From Catajapyx aquilonaris (taxonomy: Eukaryota): a stretch of DNA of 20,000 bases. Made by a program: the position numbers and the translations under genes. Shown one piece after another: positions 1 through 14,455 of this stretch (within the stretch, counting starts at the first letter, position 1; every line of letters begins with the position of its first letter). The notes beneath the pieces were generated by a model. The model was given only the letters and a program-made list of their open reading frames with translations, ran no database searches and was not told the DNA's origin. The DNA lies in the NCBI GenBank assembly GCA_000934665.2, contig JYFJ02001517.1:57807-77806 (forward strand). Reading direction: 5' to 3'.

Positions 1-3000
1 AGGTATCGGGTGCGCAAGTTTGTTGGCTGACATTCCAGGGGTTCCACGGTGCGGAGGCGGCAGTAGGGAACCTTTCCCACGAGTTCTTTATCAGATCTGC
101 AGCCTTCTCTGCAATCATGAGGGTAGTGGCGTGCGTGTTGGCATTCACGAGAACGGGCATGACTGAAGCATCTACCACTCTCAAGCCCTTCAGATTGTGT
201 ACTCTGAAATAATTACGAACAAATCAATTTCATGTGGGAAAAGTGTCACCTCTCACCCTATACAACAATAGCAAGGTTGTGCAAGAATACCTGAGTTGCG
301 AGTCAACAACGGATGTCGGGTCGTTTTTTGACCCCATTTTGCAGGTACCAATAGGATGGTAAGTGGTGAAGGTGAAGTGACGGGCCAGGCATTTCCAGTA
401 GTCGTCGCTGTATAATCTGTGCTGCTTGCATCCTTCTATTGGGTTGTCTGGCATTCGGGCCCCAAAGTCTCGGAACGGTTTGGTGCTGATTATTTTCTCG
501 CACATGCGAATAGCTAGTGGAAAATGTATGGTTAATATACTGGCGTCTTTCACCTTGCAATATGTGCATACCTTCCAGCATAATTTGTAAATCTCGCGGA
601 TCTGAATAGTAAGCAGGATTGATGACGACAGAGTCTTCCGGATTAGTACTGGCCAGTTTTATCGACCCTTTGCTAAACGGTCTGGCCACAATAGGAAGAA
701 ACACCAACGTCCTGTTATCACTAAATTGTGTGAAATAATTGTGCCATATTTCATCCTGCAAGCCTCCGTAGGATCGTATGACCATTTCGTATTCCTCCGA
801 CATTGATATTCCCAGCATAATGATGTGTATGTCGGGCCATTCTCCGTAGGTGGTATTGGCCAAAGAGGAGTGCAGAAAGGCCATTCCTTTGGCCATGGTC
901 ACCGTGGTGTAAACTCCTGTCCCTTTGCTGAAGAACTGCCACAAGTCACCAATGGACACGTCACTACTCGGAGCTACACTCACAGATTCGTTGAGTATCA
1001 CAGGACCCATGTTCGTGGTTACATGATCTTGCAAGTTTTCTCCAACAGGCAAGTCTGCAACGACTGGGACCTGAAAAGCAGATATTTAAATGAAGTGATA
1101 ATACATCGCATACAACATGTAACACGCCCAGAACGATGTGTAACGGTGTCGTATTATGGCGTTTTAAGTGCCGAGGAAAGTGAATTCACTGGCCATTCTC
1201 AGGCACTCGTAACAGTGGACGCATGGAAAAAGTGATGTAATTATTGTTGCTTTCTTGTTTCATTATGTTAAAACATTCAACAGTGTGCCCTCCCCCACAA
1301 TCTAGTATCAGAGTGCATGGGAAAAGCAACACCTTAGAGGTGTTTTATAATATCATGCACTATGTCATTAGTTGGGTGTAGTAACAAATATTCTCTGCAA
1401 CGTGAGAATGTGGGCTGCTGCATCTTACACCGAAAATGGCATCCAACTTGCACGGGGCTGCTGTTAATATAATTGAAATAAAGAATTATATAAATTATGC
1501 TAAGTTATAGGCAATTAGACCTATTTACCTTCGCATAAAACGGGCAAAATGTGAAGGAAAATTCCGTTGTCGTAATAACTTGCAAACAAAACAAGTTATT
1601 ACGACAAAAGTGGTCTTACTTTTAAATAACGGGGAATCAATGTCCATTGCCAATATCGCAATCGTGCAGCAGAGACCTTATGAATATACTGCATTTTTTA
1701 TTGGTATGAAATAATGATGTATGACTACCCAACCCAGCCATCAGTTTCTATTAACTTACTTCAACACTTCCAATTCCATCATAAGCAACAAAAACGCCCA
1801 TTGCCTTTAGACTACATAGATTTTCACATAAACCTTTAAAATGATGTATCCTTTCCAAAGGGTTCAGCTCTGATGTAAAGGAACAACTTAAGTTAAGTGA
1901 TAACTTAATTTACTAACATTTAATGATTTGAGGTGATCAGCTGGTCCAATCCCCGAGAGCATAAGCAACTGTGCCGTCCCAAGGGTGCCGCTTGATACGA
2001 TAACCTCCTTTGAGGCCTTCAGCCGCAGAGTTTGGCCATACCTCTTCACCACAACTCCATAAGCAGTCATATCCGCCTCGTTAATAAGCAACTGCCAAAG
2101 AGTGGGAAACGTTTGGTGTGAATAAAACATGATGAAAATAGGTGTCAGCCACAGAAAGTGAAAACGACTTACTTTCTGTGCCCTAGCATTAGGCATGACG
2201 TAGAGGTTGGGCCTGTGCAACACCGGTCTCAAGATGCACTTGTAGGCACCACATCGGACACCCCGTTTCAGATTCATCTGAACACGCGTAAACCCTGCGG
2301 TGCACACAATGATACAAGCAGGTCCACCCATTAGACACGCCAGCATCTCACGCACCAACTTGATGAGAGAAAGTCTCACCTTCTTGAGTTGGTCCATTGT
2401 AATCATCAAGTACAGGAAAGCCCAGTTGCCTCCCAGCATCTAGGAAGTCACTTGAGAGCCTACTCAAAAAATTGGAGTCCACTACTGTCACCGAGCCATT
2501 GGATGAGTGGTACATGTCTCCAGCTGGTGATTGGCAATATTTAGAGCTCTACAGGCCCACATGGCATGACCAAAGACTCCACTTCCCACATGCATTTCTA
2601 GGTTAAACGCCCCTTGGCAATCAATTACCCCATTGCTTCCTCTCCACTTGAAAGTCTTCAAACTTTTTGAAATATGGCAAGACATCAGCGTAGCTCCATC
2701 CTTCGTTCCCAAGCCTGGCCCAATTGTTGAAGTCCTCCGGGTGTCCCCGGACGTAGAACATGTAATTGATCTCGCTGGATCCTCCCAGGAGCTTTCCCCT
2801 GGGCCACAATGACCTCTGTACAGGACAAATAAATTACTTCAAATGATCGTCCTAAGGGAAGATTTCACATGCCTGGTTTCGAAGTCCGAAACATCCGTTG
2901 TCCTGTGGTACTGTTTCGTACGCCCAGTCATAGTTGGTCTTCTGGTACATGAACGCCACTAAGGGTATTTCACCAAAAAAGGGAGGCTTTCCACCAGCTT

Positions 3001-3352
3001 CTATTAATAGTACTTTGTAGTTTGGATTTTCAGACAATCGACTAGCAAGGATGCATCCTGCAGCTCCACCTCCAACTGTAAAAATCAGAGTCATTAAAAC
3101 ACCTTCACGACAAATCAGCATAAAGCAATGACACTGCCAATTCGTACTGTTCTTCTAATTGGCTGACACATGTCTACATGTTGTGCTATACAGTATCAAC
3201 ATGCTCTTACCAATAATAAAGTCGAAGGTAATCTGGGTAGCATCGGCTTCTAGGAAGTGGGCTAGATATTCCAGTAGATAGTTGGTCCAGTAGACTACAG
3301 TGAAGGAGATGGGCGTGAGAGTCACCAATAATGGGAAGAGTCCTAGTTTCAT
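1..3352 (-). CDS. GMC oxidoreductase (glucose dehydrogenase [FAD, quinone]-like), paralog A; 3' end runs off the window
   Basis: Exons in transcript order: 3352-3211, 3075-2873, 2815-2629, 2523-2380, 2294-2173, 2091-1918, 1070-572, 513-291, 203-<1; they join in frame with no stop. Motifs: DFIIVGGGAAG (Rossmann), [49 protein letters not shown] (catalytic His), [19 protein letters not shown] (catalytic Asn). Hydrophobic N-terminus. Intron 2 needs a GC donor. Confidence 0.95.
1567..1607. repeat. Perfect 16-bp inverted repeat (hairpin) in GMC-A intron 6
   Basis: TTGTCGTAATAACTTG (1567-1582), 9-nt loop, CAAGTTATTACGACAA (1592-1607). Confidence 0.95.
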
Positions 3353-3371
3353 CTTCGTTTATCCCAGGGCT

Positions 3372-3372
<1 letters not shown>

Positions 3373-3448
<76 letters not shown>

Positions 3449-3473
3449 TTAATAATAATAACTTAATAATAAT
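3373..3473. repeat. (TAA)n microsatellite
   Basis: 25 perfect TAA units at 3373-3447, then interrupted units to about 3473. Confidence 0.99.
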
Positions 3474-6400
3474 TCTCTATTTAGTTTGTTTCCTATACAC
3501 ACATTTGATCAAGTAGCCTACGAAGGTTTGCAAGCTACTGGCGTCCGACTCTATTGCATCTAAATTCAGAATTTCATTAGCGAATATTCACAGATGCAGC
3601 ACGTAATGAAGTATAAAAAGTGCAATAAAATGCAATAATTGCTCAAATCACCTTGTGAAACTTGACCTTGTAATAAATGTTCTTCAAGAGCATTACTGTA
3701 GGCTACAGCTCGATGAGATGATGACTTCGTTTATTAGGGTTTCTTATTGTTCCAGTATACAGTAGTATGCAAAAGAAATGGAGTAAGTGCGTCTTATTCA
3801 AGAACGTAGCAGCGAATTGTCAATTTATTAAAATCAGCGCTTATAAGTTATAAATTTTCCATTCACGGAAGCCCCTATGAGAAAATTAGTCTCAGATTAC
3901 AATAAAGGGATGAATGTAATACTTGAACAGTGGGACACTTACTTCACATAAGAAGTTTCTGGAGTCTGAAGCACGTTTAGTCGCGAACATTGTATTTGTA
4001 GCACTGCATTTAAAAGCTGAAGGACGACAAATGGCAAGAAAACGCCTGGCAAATAGGCCTATGGCATATTGCGCAACTTGATCATGAAAAACCTGCTACT
4101 ATGAGTAGAAAAATGAGGCACGCAAGGCTTATGGCAACGCTTAATGGACAAAATTACACCACGTGACGCATGAGACGTTATAGGGATACTCGAGGCATTA
4201 CCATAACGATATGCAAAAAAACGACATTAAAAAATAATGCTCTTTTACCCTCTGGGGCCTCTGCGGCCAATAACATCGCGGTAAAAAATGAGTGTGCAAT
4301 TTATTGCATGACATGGTTAAGAAGATATGTACTTCATTAATAGCGTGCGGTATGTAGTAACAAGTACCTTAATCGTTTGAGTTATATTCGTGTTAAGTTT
4401 AAAATATTACGTAACACTTGATTACACCAGGAGAAAATAATACTGTAAAAAACTAGATGTTACGAACAATATAAAGTATATGCAGTATCTTCAAAGGTTA
4501 TGTTTACTTGATATTTTTATTTCATTTTTTGTTTGTTTCCCAAGTCGAGTTTTCTTTGGCAGAACGACCGTATAATAGTAGGCTAGACTAATTAATAATA
4601 ATTGGCTACCCCTTGAGAAGCCTATACTTCTGGGGCCTTTTATAGGGTATCTCCTTTCCAGCACCAGACTTTACTCATTGCCTTCGCTGCTGATGGATTT
4701 TGATTGTAAGGTGGATAACCTCGATAGATGTGAGAACAACCATAATTATGTAATAGCAGGATAGTGATTTGAAGATGGGCTAACATTGACGATGATTAAT
4801 TTTGACACTGTTTTACAATCAATTTCACGTTAATATCACCATTTTAATTGTAATATATTATATTTCAATTTCATTTACGTGGTAACAAGTAATACCGGTA
4901 CCGGTACCGTGATAAAATTACATTTGATTATTTATATTTTAATCATTGAGCATACATGTTCAAATACGATTGAATTATTTGATTATATTATTAGCCAACG
5001 ATTTGTCAATGACCAAGAGTGGTGAATTAATAACTTAGTTTTAATATCATTGTTAGGATGGTTTGGGCTATCACCTGTACTTTGTATTATGCTAGGCACC
5101 TTTTTGGATTATGTGAAAAGTTAACCTACGATTTGTTTTAGCTGTGTTTCATTGTGAGCAAATGTAGACTACTTTCGGTCCATCTTTATCTCATTATTGA
5201 TGTGTACTTAGGCGTTTTAAACCTAATCTTGTTCCACTCAAAAATTGCCATTCCTGTGGTGCTGGACCTTATAGTCGATTTTTTTTTGTGTTAAATAAAT
5301 GTTTTGATAATAAGAATCTTCTGCTGCTGTGGCATTTCCATTAGTTGCATTGAATATTTGAATTACCAATGAATCAGTAACTTGCGGCTTGTACAGCAGC
5401 AGCAACAATATTATTCGCAGTACATGAATATATTGTGAACTTGTCACGCATCTGACATAACTTCTTGGCATCATTTTCTGCGGGTCACCGGATGTTCAAA
5501 CAAAATGCAGGTATTAAAAACCAGTTTGTGGAGATTTGCATTACGTTACCCTGAGCTCTACATTGTTTGACCGCCACACTGAAGTGTCATGCTTCCCACA
5601 GTCACTGCACTTCACAACATTATCAGCTCTAATACATAAGCTACATAATATTATGTAGAAGTCTTTATCTTACTTACATGGTTTAATGATACCTCAATGT
5701 TCCTAGTGCACTCTGAGCAACTGATTCGCTGTGACTAAAAATAATATATTCCAAAGTGCATGCCTCAGAGGCGGATAATTTTGTAGAACCACAGGTTCAC
5801 GTGGGAGAAAAACAAGAGTTTAATGTAAACCTTGAATGGCTATGAGCATATTTGCGCAACATGGGGTTTTCCAGCGATCGCTTCTTTGTTGTACAGGCTG
5901 GCTGGTTACTTTTAAAAAATACTTGAAATTGAAAATGCTGTTTTTTCTCTTCTTTTATCTAATTTAATCAGGACAATGCTCTTATTGGGACACTTTCATC
6001 ACTAATATATTGTTTAGCAGCAATCGTAGCGGAAGAATCTCAAGACTCATTTGCATATCTCATTGTATTATTTCTTTCGTGTGACAGCGGCACTTTGGCT
6101 CAAGAAACAATAGTTGCTTTACAGGCTGTGGTGTAATAAGCGGATGATATAACTTAATTAATTTTTATGGCACATGTACAAAGTTTACATTTAGAATATT
6201 ATTTTTAAAATACAAGAATGCATGTTAGGTTCTCATTTTCGCCAACCTTTTTATAATTTACACCATTAAGATACTTTCTCACTAGGGATGAAATTGCTAC
6301 GGTTTTCTCTTGCATAATCATTACTTCACCAACACTGCCCAACGTCCTCATGTCATGCACAATTTACCCACAAAAACTAATTTAAAAAATCAACCTTACA

Positions 6401-8383
6401 GCAATCCAACATGAATTCCTTCCGTTCCTAGAGCAAACCATGTGCACTGATCACAAACGTCATTGGCAGCACAACACTCCCGAATCTTTCCACAGCTTCC
6501 ACTGAAATAAGTGTATAACACGAGTCATGCATTTGGGTTTCGGGGCCAAGGATGGCGTCAACCAGACGTGCTGGGAAGACTAGTGTTTTACTCCAGCCTT
6601 CCTTTTCCTACTCAGTTATTCTATTTTTTTTTGTTGTTACGATTCACTAACTGGTTCGTGTCTTGCCGGGCTTGACGTGGTCAACTGTTGAATCGGCGAA
6701 CGATTCCTGTACAATGTTGCGACTGGCATCCACCATTGTGTAAGGGTAGGTTTGGACTGGCATTGCAGAGAGAAGGCAGACTGTAGTAAGGAAGAAAAAT
6801 GTGGATAAAAAGAGAATAGAAAGCGGACACAAGGCGGTCAGTGAATGCAAAAGATGTGAAATTGGGGGAATGATCGACCTTGTACTGAAAATCCGGGGAG
6901 TGAAAACTATGATATTGCAGCGGTTGAACCAGTTGGGCGAATCGAGGTAATACCCTCCATGCTGGTGCTGCCTAGTCGAGGGGAATGTTCATTCACCTTT
7001 GACCGTCAGTGGTGTTTGGGTGTATCAAGGTAAGCCACTTTCCTTTTTTGTGTCAGCAACGTTGCTGTTTCTAGGCATTGCATTGAAGTAAACAATAACA
7101 AATACCGTATTAGCCCAGAAAATTGTGAAATTTTGTGCAATGGCTTCGGAGGACTTAAGGTGTTGCAAAAACCTGGTCTACAGGTTATGACCTAGATAAG
7201 TGGTACACTGTCCCGTACGAGGGGTAACGGTACTGGAGGTTTAGAAAAACGTTATCTCCGGGCCATTGAGTATTGATGCTCTATCAACCGACTCAAATGT
7301 AACGGAACATTTTATTCACCAGTGGGAGAATTTGTAAAAATTCAGGTACTCTATTAGGTTAGTGAAATTCATACCTAGGAAATGAGACAAAATGGTCTCT
7401 TTGAAGGTTTTAATTATTATTTGGATATAAAATCTGCCTCCAACATTTATCCTGCACGTTATCTCAAAACCAGAACAACGAGTAGATTTTTTACAGTTAC
7501 TTCAGCTTTGTAAATTTATTCAGATAAATATCTCTGCCTACAATAACTATACATTATTACAAATATTTCAGCTACATTAAATTTTTCTACTCTCATAACT
7601 AATTGCAACATTGCAGGTATAGGAGAACTACGTGGGATGTAACTACTTTTTGATGCTAAAAAATAAGGGACTTATTTGCAGGTTTCACATGATGATGAGG
7701 AAGGTTTATTAGCTATTATGTGCTTATGATTAGATTTCACCTGTAGCCGACACATATTGCGAACTATGCAATCTTTGATCATTATTTTATTTCACAGCCT
7801 TGAGTTGCTCCCAGAACTGAAAAGTTTTAGTCTAATAAGCATGAGAACTTACTGTAATGTCATTATGGACAGAAAATATTTTTCTGCTCGCGATCAATTA
7901 ATTTGGCGGGAAATCCCCCCACTCCCACCCTCCAATTCACATTCACAATTTCCAATTCACAATCTTGTTCACAAATTGTTAGATTCAGCAAATTTTGTTA
8001 TTTTATGTTTCTTCCTGAAACCTGAATATTTATAATATGTACTTGAATTGTATGGATCGTGTGGATAATATATAGGCCTGCACGACTTGGAGAGTTTCCC
8101 TCCAATCTCCGAAGTCTCAGATACCAGGTCTGAAATCACAGTTCTTGCTAAAACAGACCGGAAAAAGATTATATGTATATTCCAACAATGACGCTGTCAA
8201 GTAGGTTAGAAAAACACGAGATGTGACTTTTAAAATTTCATTTACACTAAAGTAATGTTCTGGACAATTTGTGTTCACAGGCTTTCTCCAGTATTACATA
8301 ACTTTCATCACTAGTGTACGTACAGTACAATACTATGAAATAATACGTACACTGGACATGCAGTATTATTACAATTATCACAT

Positions 8384-11716
<3,333 letters not shown>

Positions 11717-11717
11717 G

Positions 11718-11726
11718 TTAATTCAT
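11718..11726 (-). promoter_or_regulatory. Minimal uORF (ATG AAT TAA) just upstream of the GMC-B start
   Basis: Lies between a likely 5'UTR acceptor (tttcag, AG at 11733-11732) and the main ATG at 11716; the stop is 1 nt before the main ATG. Confidence 0.45.
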
Positions 11727-14381
11727 AGTCCCTGAAACGATCAAGATACTATTATAATATTATATAATATGACTGAAATATATGTTGGTATTTGCCTCAT
11801 TAAAACATGTCATCCTTCTTTATGTACTTTGGATGTTACAGTCATATCTTTATAGTTGTTAATTATATCTGACTTAAAAATCGAAAATTGTCGTATTTCA
11901 CTTTAGAAGGCAGTTCAAAATGAGCAGTCTCACATTAAATTAAATTTGATGTCGTGTACTGTAATTATATGCAACTTCCCTTGGCTTTAGTAGGTCTATA
12001 ATATTATGTTTAAAATCATCTGAACACTTACAGGAGGTTCAATACTGACAAAATATGAGGTGTTTAAATTTCTGTCCCTAATTACAATTTTTATTTAAAT
12101 TATTGTAACTAGTACTGGATGATAAGAATAATTATTATATTCAACAAACCTGTCTGGTTGGGGTAGGTTGTTACACTTGCCCCCAACTCTACCAGGCGCT
12201 GGAAAGAAAATGCCGAATGTGAGGTCGCCTGGCCATTAAAATGTGGCAAAGAAAAAGCCCAATTGATTCACATTAAGTACAAAAATAAAACCATACAAAT
12301 TTCAAACACTTGCCTTTAATATGATATAAATACTGGGCCTCAACTTTAGAAGATAAATGTAGCTCGTCGACTGTGATTTCACAAAAAGCTTTGTAGCTCA
12401 CCGTGACAGGATGGTACCCAACTCAAATTGGTCCGAATCTGTAACACCAGACAACAGTTTTTGTCTGTGTCTGCGTCACCGTGGTCTACGTCGTGCTGCC
12501 ATTTTCCGATTTAAAAAAAGCCACTGTAACAACCTTTAATCGTAACAATAACTAACCGCATTCTCCCCTATTTGATTTAATGTGAACTGTTTATGACCGG
12601 TGACATAACTTGTGACCTTGCCCTTGCAGACTTTTGAGCTATTCTTGCTTTTTCCACAAAAATGTGCGGTGTCTGTTGTTCTTTTGCTTCGGTGTTACTG
12701 GAAAAGTCACAACAGTGTAACTAAAAATATTCCGATGACAGCATTTTTTGTCCGCAACAAAAGACGTCCAACTAAAATGACTGTGTGAGCCTTCGATTTT
12801 GGAATGAAAGGCTTCTCGTAAATTTTTCGTCGACATTTTCCACCCAAAAAGGTGCTAAAAAGAATGCTTTTGAGCTTCTTTCCAATATTATGTGCTCCTT
12901 GTCTCTTAATACGATTTACTATAGTCGTATGCTTATATTGCAAGTTTTAAAATAAAAAAACCAAGGTCGTGGGGAGGGACGCATACCAATCAAGATATTT
13001 TTAATACCTGGTGTTTGAAGCCCATTAACTCGGTAACTAGGCTTCTAACCCCTCATGAGAGCTCTGCGAAGAAACATATAATCTGGAGCCCATGATGGAG
13101 CATGTGTGTATACTAGAAGCTTGTCTGAATCATTATGAACGATCCTTTGGTAAAATTAACGATATACTATATATTATGTGACAGATACCAAAAATATGTC
13201 CTTAAATTAAAATACTTTTGTAGGCCTAAGATGGTAGTAATTTGTGCGGTATCAGAAGGCCATTAATTCTCCAAAAATTTCATCATGCAAAAAACAAAAC
13301 AAAAATCTTCACAGAGGCAAAAATAATATTACTGTATGAATGACAGCTTACCTCCTTACCAGATCACGTTTTCGTACGAGAAAAATACCAGTTCTTATGT
13401 ATATCTTCCATCCTGTGAAAACAATTCTCCAATAAAATTATTAAGGGCAGAACCAAGTTGAGGAACAGACTACCTGCAGTCGGACTAAGATTCTGAGCTT
13501 GTCCTTGACCGCAACATCATCCGCCAACATCACGGTCTGTTGGTGAACGTGAGTGTATAGGCCAGCCATCTCGAACTCGGCTAACTGTTTTGGACGAGTT
13601 CATCTGTGCCCACCCCACGCCGCCACCCACTACTGTATGTGCATGCAGCATGCAAGTTATGTTGGTGGCACCATGCAAATGGAAATGGGAGGCAAATCCA
13701 CCTGTGTGAGGCTAACAGAAATTAACGTTGTGAATTGCATATAAGTAGCCTACCTAATTTACAAATCGAAGCTATGCAACCAAAAGCAAGAACATCTGGT
13801 AAGAAGATTTCAAAGTAATACCTAGATGAAAAAAAATACAGTCATAGGGCAGGTCACTTGAACTTTGCAATAATACAGTCAGGTGATTTACATACTTATA
13901 CGGTTTTCAAGTACAGTCGTGCATAGGGTAGCCAACCCAGCACTTGACCATGTACATTGTACATGGAGGGTTTGGGGGTAATGCCACAGCTGGTAGCTGA
14001 CCGGTGATATCCCTTAATATTGTGCATTTGTGCCCCCAGTATACTTTAGCACTAACTAGTAAGCAATATTACTAGTAATAATCTCCTTTTGGAGCAATTC
14101 GAAGGTTGTGAACTGACGAATCATGAAAGGATATAAAATTTTAAGAGATTAAAATGGCGCTGAACTTAGCAACAACAGTCTAAACTGCATTATGCAGCAA
14201 GATCTAGATTTGCCAACATCCTCAAGAATGAGTAACAACAGTTATGTTATCCGATCCGATGCAACTTACTGTACTGTACATTGACAGTACAACTGAAGAC
14301 AAAGGAGCATGCCATATAGGATGGAAACAAGCAAATTAATAACGCCACATAAGATTACTTTACTGAAAAAGTAAACATTCA

Positions 14382-14387
14382 TTTATT
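14382..14387 (-). terminator. Candidate polyadenylation signal (AATAAA) for GMC-C
   Basis: TTTATT on the + strand, about 70 nt downstream of the GMC-C stop codon. Confidence 0.55.
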
Positions 14388-14455
14388 TATGTAGCAGAAA
14401 GTATCTTGCTAGCAGCCGATCACAAATTATGATGGCACCAGGATAGCACATCTCA

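Noticed and set aside
825..1235. 136-aa + strand ORF, and similar + ORFs at 8713, 9415, 10453, 11256, 14884 and 15558
   Set aside because: Antisense shadows of GMC exons and introns; no recognisable motifs.
3373..3473. Tail of a second, minus-strand copy of the SINE
   Set aside because: The adjacent sequence does not match the SINE 3' end (CCTGGGATAG would be expected after the run); the ATCCCAGG match at 3361 is in the wrong arrangement.
6647..6850. 67-aa secreted-peptide-like ORF
   Set aside because: It starts at TTG, and the hydrophobic stretch is just the translation of a pyrimidine tract.
12639..12943. Two overlapping minus-strand ORFs (also ORFs at 7757, 9006, 13553 and 19493)
   Set aside because: Short, non-ATG or without motifs; consistent with chance in intergenic or TE-derived DNA.
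13924..13966. TAGGGTAGCCAAC (hAT-TIR-like) and the palindrome CCATGTACA-T-TGTACATGG
   Set aside because: No partner TIR or TSD found; too short to call an element.
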